From IMG/VR virus record IMGVR_UViG_3300045988_030456, positions 1 through 50,496 of that record: 50,496 nt of DNA. One strand, given 5' to 3'. The notes beneath the pieces are model-generated. The model saw only the letters and a list, made by a program, of their open reading frames with translations. It was not told the DNA's origin and ran no database searches. Below are positions 33,657 to 42,549 of the stretch, piece after piece; the stretch's first letter is position 1, and each line of letters starts with the position of its first letter. The position numbers and the translations under genes are program-made. Source of the stretch: a virus.

Positions 33657-34319
33657 TCATTCTGCAAATACCCAATCTTCCGCAAGCATATCTGTCTGAG
33701 GCGGTGTCCAAGGCACTTTATTTTTAGGCGCATAAGGATTTTCTGTCTGTAATCCAGTAGTGTTGATATATATGAACGAATGCGTCATATAATTGAATGC
33801 TTCAATAGTTGTTCTTGCTGTAACTCTGTCGTATTCTTTCACTTCTTCACTTAGTTCAGAATACGGAATCATATCCGGGTGATCTGTAACTCCCTGTTTT
33901 TTCTTTTCTTCCCACCATGCGTTATGCACTGCTTCTGCAATAGTTTCAAGATTGACTTCTGGCGAATACATTTCCAGATAGATTCCTTTACCATTCCAAC
34001 CTTTACGAGCTACCTTAAGTCCTCTTTTTAGATAACGGATAGCATCACCAAATCCAAATGTTGACCGACCGCCAAGAGCACCGCAATTCTCTTCATCAGC
34101 AATCATCCAATCGTCTCTCTGCGTGTGCATAAAAGTATATTCCACTCTCTGCGTTTCACGGATATCAAGAACATCTCCCTGTCCTTTGTCGGAATCCTTT
34201 GGTCTGCAATGAATCATAATCGTCTGCTTATCATTATCCCAACACCAGTATCCGTTTCATCCCGGCAATTTTACTTTCGCACCCTGTTTCATTAATTCAA
34301 ACGCTTCTTTAAAAATCAT
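33657..34319 (-). CDS. Tandem DUF2829 (Tad2-like) protein; the second domain carries an inserted RyR domain; interrupted by an in-frame TGA at 34257-34259
   Basis: ATG 34319 overlaps the upstream stop (ATGA) and has a GGAGGA RBS. It reads MIFKEAFELMKQGAKVKLPG-TGA-NGYWCWDNDKQTIMIHC...DDWMIA, then FGFGDAIRYLKRGLKVARKGWNGKG...[ETIAEAVHNAWWEEKKKQG...IPYSELSEEVKEYDR]...WTPPQTDMLAEDWVF. The track shows only 33657..34217. Confidence 0.7.
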
Positions 34320-34732
34320 AATAAATCCTCCTGTCCGGCTTTCCACTTTGCCAATTCATCACGCATAATTTTCTCCGCTTTTTCTCTATTCATTTCAATC
34401 GGAAACGTTGCTTCAACATGTACTTCATCTCCTATTTTCTCAAAATTAATATCTTTTCTCATAAATGTAAGAATTGGTTCATACATATATTGCTTGGATA
34501 TCTTGTTATATTTTGCATGCAATACATATAGATTACCAATAGCCCAATCACTGTCTATCTCATATTCATCAGTGTCATATTCTTCTACAGAAGCCGTATC
34601 TCCATATAGTTTTGCTCTAATCAAACCATCATTTATCGTTGCACAAATCTGTTCAGCTTTATCTTTATCTAGGCACACTGCATCTATTCCATAATCTGAA
34701 TATTCACCGCTTGTAATCACATAGACTTTCAC
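34316..34732 (-). CDS. Hypothetical protein (138 aa)
   Basis: ORF track. Confidence 0.5.
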   Translation of the reverse strand: MKVYVITSGEYSDYGIDAVCLDKDKAEQICATINDGLIRAKLYGDTASVEEYDTDEYEIDSDWAIGNLYVLHAKYNKISKQYMYEPILTFMRKDINFEKIGDEVHVEATFPIEMNREKAEKIMRDELAKWKAGQEDLL

Positions 34733-34749
34733 GTTTTTACCCCCTCATT

Positions 34750-35070
34750 TCACAGAATTTCTAATTCTTTAAATACTTTCATAATTTTAGGAAACTGAAT
34801 AGCAAACCAGTCAACGATTGTTTCTTCATGTCCGAACTGTTTATAATGTTCAAAGTTTGCCTGTAATCCACTTTCAGCAAGAAAAGCATGTATGATTTCA
34901 TGTCTTAACTGTTTTTTCATAAGTTTTTCAAAATCGCCAACTTCGCTTACATTATTATTTCTGACTTTTATTATGTGCGCTGTATAGTCGCAAAAGCCGT
35001 CAATCGTTTCGTCTTCAAACGCTTCTCTAATTATTTCGTATTCCGTTCCAAGAATATTTACTTTTTGCAT
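34750..35070 (-). CDS. Small HExxH metallopeptidase-like protein (106 aa)
   Basis: QLRHEIIHAFLAESG is a zincin-like motif. Confidence 0.45.
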   Translation of the reverse strand: MQKVNILGTEYEIIREAFEDETIDGFCDYTAHIIKVRNNNVSEVGDFEKLMKKQLRHEIIHAFLAESGLQANFEHYKQFGHEETIVDWFAIQFPKIMKVFKELEIL

Positions 35071-35532
35071 TTACTTCTCCACTAACTCAAATCTATACTT
35101 CTGCTTCACATCCGGGTATTTCTTCCTGTCTACCTCACTCACAAACATTCCGTAAGGTCTGCACCACACGCCATTAGAACATTCGTAAACTACCTTGAAC
35201 TGGCCCGGCATTTCGCTATCCTGTGCAATATACAGGACTTTCACTGTCTCGCCCTTGAAGTGCCTGTACACCTGTCCGAGTTCAACTTTTCTATTGCTCA
35301 CTGTCGGCGGTTCGCCATTGAAATACTTATCGCATTCTGCCAAATCACAGTTCTCTTGCATGAGTGGATGCTTTTCATCCAGTTTCTTAATCTCTGCTTT
35401 CTGTACATGAATGTGCTGTCCTACAAGCGGGAATCCACAGCCGTAAAGCATTTTCGCCTTAATGTGGTGTGGTTCAAGTCTTCCTGTCGGTTCTATGAGA
35501 TATCCACTTATTTTAAAAATCTTAGGTATCAT
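35071..35532 (-). CDS. DUF1653-domain protein
   Basis: The C-terminus GQVYRHFKGETVKVLYIAQDSEMPGQFKVVYECSNGVWCRPYGMFVSEV is a DUF1653 pattern. The start was trimmed to the ATG with an AAGAGGTGA RBS. Confidence 0.55.
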   Translation of the reverse strand: MIPKIFKISGYLIEPTGRLEPHHIKAKMLYGCGFPLVGQHIHVQKAEIKKLDEKHPLMQENCDLAECDKYFNGEPPTVSNRKVELGQVYRHFKGETVKVLYIAQDSEMPGQFKVVYECSNGVWCRPYGMFVSEVDRKKYPDVKQKYRFELVEK

Positions 35533-35536
35533 ATAA

Positions 35537-35875
35537 TCACCTCTTTGCACCTGTTATTTTGTTGTGCTCTTCTTCAGATATTGGTTTTGCTCCAACTAAG
35601 CAAAATGTATTAGTTTCAGCACTTGATCCGTAATATGCTTGGAAATCTATTTTTTCTGTATGGACATTCGAAAAATACTCAAAAGGTTTTACAAATTCAG
35701 CAGTTTTAAAAACAGGAATATGCGCTGTATGTCCATGCTTATATTTGTTTCTTCCTTTTTCGTCAATAATCCAACCAGCGTTAAAATTTATTTCACCGAA
35801 CCCAAGTACGCCCGATACTTCTTGACTAGTTGCTTCGATGTACGCTTTACAAGGTTTTATATCTTCAATCCACAT
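35537..35875 (-). CDS. Hypothetical protein (112 aa)
   Basis: ORF track. Confidence 0.5.
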   Translation of the reverse strand: MWIEDIKPCKAYIEATSQEVSGVLGFGEINFNAGWIIDEKGRNKYKHGHTAHIPVFKTAEFVKPFEYFSNVHTEKIDFQAYYGSSAETNTFCLVGAKPISEEEHNKITGAKR

Positions 35876-35877
35876 AC

Positions 35878-36078
35878 CTATACAACCCTTTCAATCTTAT
35901 CATTTACTCTTCTACTCAATCTCTTGACCGTAGACACACTCACATTCATTTCTTCCGCACAGTCCTCTAAAGGCATAGCTTTAGCACGGAGCCGGAACAG
36001 TTTTAATTCATCCGATGTAAAGTTGCATTCTAACTCAAAATAGTCAAGTTCTGGTCGTGTAAAAGAGTATATTTTCAT
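35878..36078 (-). CDS. Small sigma-70-region-4-like HTH protein (66 aa)
   Basis: ELKLFRLRAKAMPLEDCAEEMNVSVSTVKRLSRRVNDKI. Confidence 0.5.
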   Translation of the reverse strand: MKIYSFTRPELDYFELECNFTSDELKLFRLRAKAMPLEDCAEEMNVSVSTVKRLSRRVNDKIERVV

Positions 36079-36440
36079 AATTCCTTTGGTTTCTTGTCCG
36101 TCATAGCATTTACAAGCTCTTCCCGAGTTTTTTTTAAACCCTCAATGTTATTCCCTGTGATTTTGTTTTCGATTAAATTAAACATACTTCTCATTAATAG
36201 ATTCATATCATCCCTCGTATTCCTTATGTTCTTATAATCGTTATCAAGTTTCTGATTAATCCCTGTGATAGATGTTTCAATATTCGTTATTCGCTTTTCA
36301 ATCTGCTCTATACGGTTGTCCTGTTTTTCTTTTGGTGCTTTCCATGATTTGTACCACCCGGAAAGCACCGCAACAGCACCGCCGATAACAGATATAGCAC
36401 CGCATATAGCAAGTATCTGTGTTATTAGTTCCATATTCAC
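36075..36440 (-). CDS. Membrane-anchored coiled-coil protein (121 aa)
   Basis: N-terminal TM segment ITQILAICGAISVIGGAVAVLSGW followed by heptad-like repeats. Confidence 0.5.
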   Translation of the reverse strand: MNMELITQILAICGAISVIGGAVAVLSGWYKSWKAPKEKQDNRIEQIEKRITNIETSITGINQKLDNDYKNIRNTRDDMNLLMRSMFNLIENKITGNNIEGLKKTREELVNAMTDKKPKEL

Positions 36441-37663
36441 TTTTCCTTTGATTTTATATATCTCTGTGCTGCTTTTGCTGATTTCACAGCCTGTGACCTA
36501 TCCCACTGTGCTACCCGTAGGCGTTCCGAATATTCTTTAAGGCCATTGTCTTTGCAGTAATCACGATACTGCTTATTCTGCCGTCTCAACACCGCTGACT
36601 TGCGGTCGTACATTTGTTGGAGCTCAAGCTTAAGTTTATCATCTCCGCTTGCATCTATAGCAGTCTGCAAATTCTGAATCTCTCTCTTGCTGTTGCGAAT
36701 GCGTCTTTCCATAAGACGTTGCTTTTTCGCACGCTCTTCCGCTTTGATATTGTCTTCACTCGACAGGTTGATATCTGCATACGGATTGTTTTCGCCGTCA
36801 CCGGATCCGAAAGAGTGTCGGCAGTTCACGCCACACAACCCTGTCACCGTTCCGTAGCCTGTTGTTGTTCGGAAGTCCTGGAATCTCTTGTCTTTGCCTG
36901 TCCGGGAATAGAATTTTCCTTGCCACCAAAAGTGATTCGTTGGGTTGTTGCCACCATCACCAATTCGTGCGCCAACATGTGCCGATACTAGGATGGTGTC
37001 CCATTCCAATTCTTCCATTCGTTTTAGTGCGATTGCTCCGGCGCACTGGCTTATCCCTGTGCGGACAGTCATCATTGTGGCTGATTCAATACTCATTTCT
37101 CTACCGGACGGATACGATACTTTAACACCTTGCTTTATCATCCTGTCAACAGCATTCCTGACGGCTTGTGTATATGATATGGCACCGCTTGATGCCATGC
37201 GGTAAGCTGTGTCAACTTCTTTCAAAAACAGTTTCTGCGCTTCATCCGCCGTTGTTCGTGTAAGGTTTCTCCATTCTCCACACGTAGCGTTATAATCTCT
37301 TTCCAGTATTCTTAGCAATGCCGGAGATTGCAATAAGGGCGTAGGTGATAGTCCTACCGCCCTATATATCGCATCGTCTCTCTCGATAGCTTTTATACCA
37401 GCTTCTTCAAATGCGCTTTTAAGCTCTCTCTCTTGCTTTTTCGTTTTATCAGCAATCTCTTTTTGTATGTCTTCCAGTAAGTACCCGGATTCTTGTAACA
37501 CCTGTATCTGCCACCTGTCCGTAGCCGTAAGGATATAATCTTCCCCACGACCTATACGCACCATTATGCGCTTAACGATCATGTCCATGATGTTTTTATG
37601 CATGTCTGACGTTATCTTTTCCGCACCATCGGTCACATGGAAGAGATATTCCGGTGTAAGCAT
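36437..37663 (-). CDS. Minor head / head morphogenesis protein (Mu F / SPP1 gp7-like)
   Basis: 408 aa downstream of the portal gene. ...EWRNLTRTTADEA...SYPSGREMSIESA...CRHSF... resembles the Mu F family. Confidence 0.7.
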   Translation of the reverse strand: MLTPEYLFHVTDGAEKITSDMHKNIMDMIVKRIMVRIGRGEDYILTATDRWQIQVLQESGYLLEDIQKEIADKTKKQERELKSAFEEAGIKAIERDDAIYRAVGLSPTPLLQSPALLRILERDYNATCGEWRNLTRTTADEAQKLFLKEVDTAYRMASSGAISYTQAVRNAVDRMIKQGVKVSYPSGREMSIESATMMTVRTGISQCAGAIALKRMEELEWDTILVSAHVGARIGDGGNNPTNHFWWQGKFYSRTGKDKRFQDFRTTTGYGTVTGLCGVNCRHSFGSGDGENNPYADINLSSEDNIKAEERAKKQRLMERRIRNSKREIQNLQTAIDASGDDKLKLELQQMYDRKSAVLRRQNKQYRDYCKDNGLKEYSERLRVAQWDRSQAVKSAKAAQRYIKSKEK

Positions 37664-37746
37664 TACTTATCCTTTCCGCCGGGAATTATTGCTACCAAAA
37701 GCAAAAAAGCACAGATAACAATGATATTAATAGTACTTGTTGCCAT
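37663..37746 (-). CDS. 27-aa single-TM peptide
   Basis: My translation is MATSTINIIVICAFLLLVAIIPGGKDK. TAATG overlap with the next gene. Confidence 0.3.
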   Translation of the reverse strand: MATSTINIIVICAFLLLVAIIPGGKDK

Positions 37747-37748
37747 CT

Positions 37749-37976
37749 TTATTCCCCCTCTACTTCCGGAATTCCTGCTACAGATGTAAGCAAGCTTGCC
37801 ACTCCGGCTACGGCCGTTACTCCGATTGCATATTTCCAGTCAATTTCATAGATTCCTTTTCCAACGATCACAAATCCAAGTGCTGTCTGTGCCATCGTCT
37901 TAACGCATCTTACGCCTGTTGCTTTCAGCCATTTAACAGTGTTTACGTTTGGTTTCAATACACAATTTCTAAACAT
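37749..37976 (-). CDS. r1t-type holin-like membrane protein (75 aa)
   Basis: ATGVRCVKTMAQTALGFVIVG...IDWKYAIGVTAVAGVASLLTSVAG resembles the r1t holin family. It lies between the portal and head-morphogenesis genes, far from the endolysin. Confidence 0.5.
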   Translation of the reverse strand: MFRNCVLKPNVNTVKWLKATGVRCVKTMAQTALGFVIVGKGIYEIDWKYAIGVTAVAGVASLLTSVAGIPEVEGE

Positions 37977-38027
37977 AATATCACTCCTTTTCTTTAGTTT
38001 ACGTAAGAATAGAGTATGTGTTGTACC

Positions 38028-39419
38028 CTATTCATCTCCAAACAACCCGCTGTCCGGCTTGTTCTGTTCCTGTGCTTCTTTTATCATTGCTTTCGCTTCG
38101 CTTTCGGTCATGTTTTCAAATTTCACAAAATACATCCATGCTGGAACCTTGCCCTGTAAAACATAGTTCCACCACCGTGCACGATCATCCTCTAAGTTGT
38201 ATACGAGGTCTTCAAAATCACATGCTGTTTGGTAGTTCGTTGCCGGGATAGTTCCGTTTGCTGTGCCGACTGCATACAGGATATAGATGATTCTGTGTAG
38301 TACTCCATCATGGTTCTTTCCGTCCAAAATGTTTCGGAATGCCTGGATGGTATGCAGTGTACGTCTATCGTCAGATTCTACCTGTCTTGCTGTCTGTATG
38401 CCCCGATTTTGGTCAAAAGAGAAATATCCGTTTGAGAATCCACATTTATATCCGATGATGGACAACAAGAAGTTAATACCGGCTACACGCTCAGTTACTA
38501 ATAATGTTGGGGAGTGCTCTTTGATGCTATCTTCGTTCGTTCCCATTTCGATCCCTTGAATAAATCTCGGCAATTCAATAGAGTGATTGCTTGCATATTC
38601 GATAGCTGTCTGTGGTACATAAGTAATATGTCTACTGTCTTCCGTTTCATCTCCCATCATGTTTAATGCAATGTCAAGCCATCTCAATTCCTCGATACAT
38701 TCCGAAAACGCCGGAACGGTCAGTGGAGATTCCTTGTCAATCGCATTTGCGTAAGGATTTCTCCAGTAGACGAACAGCGGATATTCTAACCCATGTACGT
38801 ATACTTCCGGCTCAATGTCTTTCCACTCATCTACCCTGTCAAGCGTGATCTCTGTACCGATCATATCCTTGTTATCAGACTTGAAAGCCTTACTGGTTAT
38901 ATGGTATACACGTTCCAGTCCAACATATTCAAATCTATGGAACTCAGATTTTGTGTAGTATTTGTCGTTTTTCTTAAGGAATGAGAAAAAGATAGCTGCT
39001 AACGCATCCCCGTCTGTGTTTGTGTCTGTAATCAGAAAGTAATCCGGATCCAAAAATTCTACATCGTCACCATCGCTCTTGATCATCATCCCACAGGTTG
39101 CACAGCTTTCCTCTTGTTTCTCCTGTAATGTGTTCATCACTCTGTCAAATCTCTTTTGCAGTTCATCATTCCCTGTAATCTGTATATCTGCATTGAACAG
39201 TGTGAGGTTCGCTAACTCACGGCAAATCACGTTTGAAAACCTTGTCGGCTTTATCCTACCGGTACACCAATACGGAATTCCAGATCTCATACTTTTGTAC
39301 TTTTCTAAGGCAGTATCCATATCAGATGACCGCCTCGTTTCTATTCCGAATATTTCTTTTGCATCGTTTACCTTAAACACCTTATCCCACACCGCCTTTA
39401 TCTTGTCTATAATTCCCAT
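38028..39419 (-). CDS. Portal protein (463 aa)
   Basis: It lies directly downstream of the large terminase. Its size and position fit an SPP1 gp6-like portal. Confidence 0.75.
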   Translation of the reverse strand: MGIIDKIKAVWDKVFKVNDAKEIFGIETRRSSDMDTALEKYKSMRSGIPYWCTGRIKPTRFSNVICRELANLTLFNADIQITGNDELQKRFDRVMNTLQEKQEESCATCGMMIKSDGDDVEFLDPDYFLITDTNTDGDALAAIFFSFLKKNDKYYTKSEFHRFEYVGLERVYHITSKAFKSDNKDMIGTEITLDRVDEWKDIEPEVYVHGLEYPLFVYWRNPYANAIDKESPLTVPAFSECIEELRWLDIALNMMGDETEDSRHITYVPQTAIEYASNHSIELPRFIQGIEMGTNEDSIKEHSPTLLVTERVAGINFLLSIIGYKCGFSNGYFSFDQNRGIQTARQVESDDRRTLHTIQAFRNILDGKNHDGVLHRIIYILYAVGTANGTIPATNYQTACDFEDLVYNLEDDRARWWNYVLQGKVPAWMYFVKFENMTESEAKAMIKEAQEQNKPDSGLFGDE

Positions 39420-39433
39420 CTGCTCACCTTTTT

Positions 39434-40684
39434 CTACGCACTCTGTCCACGTCTCATAGATATCGGACTAGTAGCATATCTCAATGCATCAATCCAGTGG
39501 TCGTTACCGTCCGGATAATCTGCTATCACTTCACCGTTGCCGTCTCGCTCATGCTCATACTCTATAACCTCTTTGTACAGTCTTGGTGTCCGTCTTGGGT
39601 CAATCACCAATGTACGGCATTGCAACCATTCAAACGTATACTTCCGGCTACCCGGTGTCACGATTGCTTTACGTGCCGGAAGTCCGGCATCACGGAAGTC
39701 AACAATGCTCTCTTCTTCATCCACTCCACAGTAAATAGCGAAATCATCATATCCCTTTTCTTTTATCTGTCGTGCCATCTCGCTGTTCCTTATTTTGCAA
39801 CCGCCCAATTCATCCAGTGCGTATACTTTCTGTTGATTTGGAACATAAGCAACACGCAAAAACGCTTTCGGATCCGGGAACCATCCCCAGTCCTCGCCCT
39901 GGTAGATAGATTGCATCCTACTTATCTCTTCATCTGTAATCTCTCTAATCTCCAACAGCTCAAAGATATTTGTGCCAAGTCCTACAGGGATTCCAAGATA
40001 TTCATGCTCATAAGCTCTCGGATTTGTTGCTTTTAGATACTCAGCATCATCGATGAATTGTTGCCCTAGCCATTCTACCGGAACAGATCTATAATCGCTT
40101 TTGTGCCTTAAGCTGTCCGCTCTCGGCTCTGCTACGTACTTATTCGCCCAATTGCTGTTGCTGATCGGTGGATTGAACGATTTAAAAACTACGAATTTTT
40201 CGCCACCACGGAGAACAGACTGTTGTGTCATTCGCACCTCTTCCATTCCGGCAAATTCGTCCAATTCCTCAAACCACAGATATTTAAAATATCCTTTGCT
40301 TATCTTTATGGATTTCGTCTTTTTCGCCTTATCCAATCCACGGAAGATTATCTTCTGTCCTGTCGGCTTATACACATATTGCATAGGACTTAAGCTTGAT
40401 GTCCATTCGTCCGATGCTCCAAGTGCATCTATTCCCCATGCGATCTGTTCGAATACCGATTCTCTTAATGTATTCCCGACTTTTCTGAATACTACCGCAT
40501 TTGAATGTATGCCATTTACTGCGTCTTGCATCATTCCAAGTGGTATCTCTGTCCCGATAAAAGATGATTTAGTCGAACCTCGACCACCAAACAAATCATA
40601 ATACGTGTGCTTTCCATCTATGATATCCCAATGTACACCGTAAAAAGCCGGAGCTATCACATCCGTAAGCTTAATCTCCCCCAT
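39434..40684 (-). CDS. terL: Terminase large subunit (PBSX-like family)
   Basis: FGGRGSTKS is a Walker A-like motif. LWFEELDEF is a Walker B/coupling motif. The C-terminal nuclease region contains ...DGNDHWIDALRY. Confidence 0.9.
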   Translation of the reverse strand: MGEIKLTDVIAPAFYGVHWDIIDGKHTYYDLFGGRGSTKSSFIGTEIPLGMMQDAVNGIHSNAVVFRKVGNTLRESVFEQIAWGIDALGASDEWTSSLSPMQYVYKPTGQKIIFRGLDKAKKTKSIKISKGYFKYLWFEELDEFAGMEEVRMTQQSVLRGGEKFVVFKSFNPPISNSNWANKYVAEPRADSLRHKSDYRSVPVEWLGQQFIDDAEYLKATNPRAYEHEYLGIPVGLGTNIFELLEIREITDEEISRMQSIYQGEDWGWFPDPKAFLRVAYVPNQQKVYALDELGGCKIRNSEMARQIKEKGYDDFAIYCGVDEEESIVDFRDAGLPARKAIVTPGSRKYTFEWLQCRTLVIDPRRTPRLYKEVIEYEHERDGNGEVIADYPDGNDHWIDALRYATSPISMRRGQSA

Positions 40685-41096
40685 CTGCGCCCTCCGGTTT
40701 CGGAATGTTATTTATGATTGTGATTCCACCAGTATCTTTTTCTTCTCCATCGGCTTTCTCATACCAACGCATGAGTTCACGTCCGGCAGACAGGCGGTCG
40801 GATATAGTAGCGTCTAGGTCGAACTGGTCTTTTACTTCTCCACGCATGACGGAAGAAAAGAACCGGATTACTTCTTCGAGGTCGGCTGTCTTCTCGGTCT
40901 GGATCTCTTTCATTCGTTCAGCAATATAGGCTTTCACGTTGGTATTTGTTAGTAATTTACTCGCATTCGTTCTAGCCGTTATATCTTTTTTTGCACTTTT
41001 GTATATTTCTTTGTACGCTCTTGTTCCGTTCAGATCTGTCAGATATTCATCGCAAAACGCTTTCTGTTTCGGAGTGAGTTCTTTTCCTTTCGGCAT
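40671..41096 (-). CDS. terS: Terminase small subunit
   Basis: LTPKQKAFCDEYLTDLNGTRAYKEIY is a typical terS N-terminal HTH. The gene overlaps the terL start. Confidence 0.85.
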   Translation of the reverse strand: MPKGKELTPKQKAFCDEYLTDLNGTRAYKEIYKSAKKDITARTNASKLLTNTNVKAYIAERMKEIQTEKTADLEEVIRFFSSVMRGEVKDQFDLDATISDRLSAGRELMRWYEKADGEEKDTGGITIINNIPKPEGADGGD

Positions 41097-41127
41097 CTAC
41101 CCACCCTCTTTCATATATCCATCCATG

Positions 41128-41466
41128 CTACTCACCGCCCTTACCTGTTCTATACAATTTCTTTCTGAGGTTGCTGTACCTGTCTGTAATAACATCCAGT
41201 ACAATATTGAGTGCCTGTATCGTTCCGTTCTGTCTGTTGTGTTCTTCTACCAGTCTCTTATTTTTTTCAGTAAGTTCCTGTACTTCGCACAGTGCCCGTT
41301 CTCCGACAGCCTTTGCGTCTTCTACCTCTTTTTGCAGATACTCATTCTTTTCTTTCAGCTTTTCATTCTTTGTAATCATGTCAATGAGTTGCTTCTGCAT
41401 TTCTTCCATATCACGTGAGTCTGGTTTGTTTAATTCTACTGGTATCTCTGTATAGTTTTCCATCAT
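41128..41466 (-). CDS. Coiled-coil protein (112 aa from the internal ATG)
   Basis: ORF 41128..41499 trimmed to the ATGA overlap with the upstream stop. Confidence 0.45.
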   Translation of the reverse strand: MMENYTEIPVELNKPDSRDMEEMQKQLIDMITKNEKLKEKNEYLQKEVEDAKAVGERALCEVQELTEKNKRLVEEHNRQNGTIQALNIVLDVITDRYSNLRKKLYRTGKGGE

Positions 41467-41720
41467 TCTTTCACCGCCCTCCATATATCGTTTAAACAAT
41501 TTACAATCTCTATCTGTGATGCTGTTCGGATAATTTCATAATCATAATATTTCCATTCCCCGTTTTTCTTTCGCTCTAATACTCTGGTAGATAGGATGTA
41601 CATGGTGATAAGTCTATTTTGCTCCACGGAATAAAACTGGCTTGTCCCCATCTTTATAACTAATCCTTTTTGCAGTATTGCTTTCTGTAACTTTTTAGCA
41701 ATGCTATTTAGATTTGCCAT
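41463..41720 (-). CDS. Hypothetical protein (85 aa)
   Basis: ORF track with a GGGAGGTAG RBS. Confidence 0.5.
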   Translation of the reverse strand: MANLNSIAKKLQKAILQKGLVIKMGTSQFYSVEQNRLITMYILSTRVLERKKNGEWKYYDYEIIRTASQIEIVNCLNDIWRAVKE

Positions 41721-41726
41721 GCTTAT

Positions 41727-42213
41727 CTACCTCCCGGCATTAAACCATGCATCAAAATTCTTCATTCTTCTTTTCCTTGCCCGGTCATAAGTGGTTGTTG
41801 TCCGGCTTGCATCATGCATAGCACTTGTATCCCCTTTCTCTATCTTTCGGTTAAACTCATGCATCTTATCCTGTGCCTTATTACTTGCTGTCAAAAGATT
41901 TCTATACTCTTTTGCAAGTCTCTGGTTCTTGTACAGTGCATCCGCACTTCCAAGCTTTGCTATCTTTCTTTTCGTTTCATTTAATCTGTCTCTATAATAT
42001 TCGCTTATTCTTTTTGCTTCTTTTTTGTCCTTGACAGAATCAATAAAATCTATTTTTCCGCTCTGAGCCGATCTTTCTAACTTAACATCTTTCTTAACTG
42101 TTCCACTTCCACGCAATGCATCACTTTTCTTGGATGCATTGTAGAATAACCTTGCCCCCCCCCTTGGTCACAGGGGTTCCGCTTATTGCGCTTGTGCTAC
42201 CTCTACCACCCAT
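41727..42213 (-). CDS. Basic protein split by a homopolymer frameshift (ATG 42213 frame, then ORF 41727..42116 frame)
   Basis: MGGRGSTSAISGTPVTKGGG runs into a G9 tract. A one-nucleotide shift continues as ARLFYNASKKSDALRGSGTVKKD..., which is the ORF-track protein. Confidence 0.45.
42155..42163. repeat. C9 (plus strand) / G9 (coding strand) homopolymer
   Basis: The count was derived from flanking frame anchors (TTG 42116, ATG 42213). It is the only long G/C homopolymer I noticed in the window. Confidence 0.7.
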
Positions 42214-42217
42214 TTAA

Positions 42218-42532
42218 TCACCGCTTTCCTTTTTTAATTAATTTATCTGTCACTTCTGTTTTGTTCTTTTTCCTTAGTCCATCCGGCATTATTTTCCCGG
42301 ATTGCTTTTCTGTTCTTTCGTAAATATCGTTTTTATCAGGACTTTGCATCTTTCCACCGTGTATTCCGTATACTCTTTTTCTTGTTGAGAATTCATAATT
42401 CACAGCACCGTCTTTACCCATCGTGATTTTTACATCTTCATACCTGTATTCTTTTGCCATTCTCTTTAATCTATCGACCAAGACTTTTTGTTTTGGTGTA
42501 TAACGTGATATATTACTGGCACTTCCACGCAC
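42218..42532 (-). CDS. Basic hypothetical protein (about 104 aa), N-terminus RGSASNIS similar to the next gene
   Basis: ORF 42218..42538. The second GTG has better RBS spacing. Confidence 0.45.
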   Translation of the reverse strand: MRGSASNISRYTPKQKVLVDRLKRMAKEYRYEDVKITMGKDGAVNYEFSTRKRVYGIHGGKMQSPDKNDIYERTEKQSGKIMPDGLRKKNKTEVTDKLIKKGKR

Positions 42533-42549
42533 TTCCACGCCCTCCCATT

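Noticed and set aside
37976-38028. Portal stop (TAG at 38028) followed by 17 sense codons in frame with the holin-like ORF (span 37976-38030), as possible read-through
   Set aside because: A 17-codon open stretch is expected by chance about half the time. The holin-like gene has its own RBS (AAAGGAG), so there is no supporting evidence.
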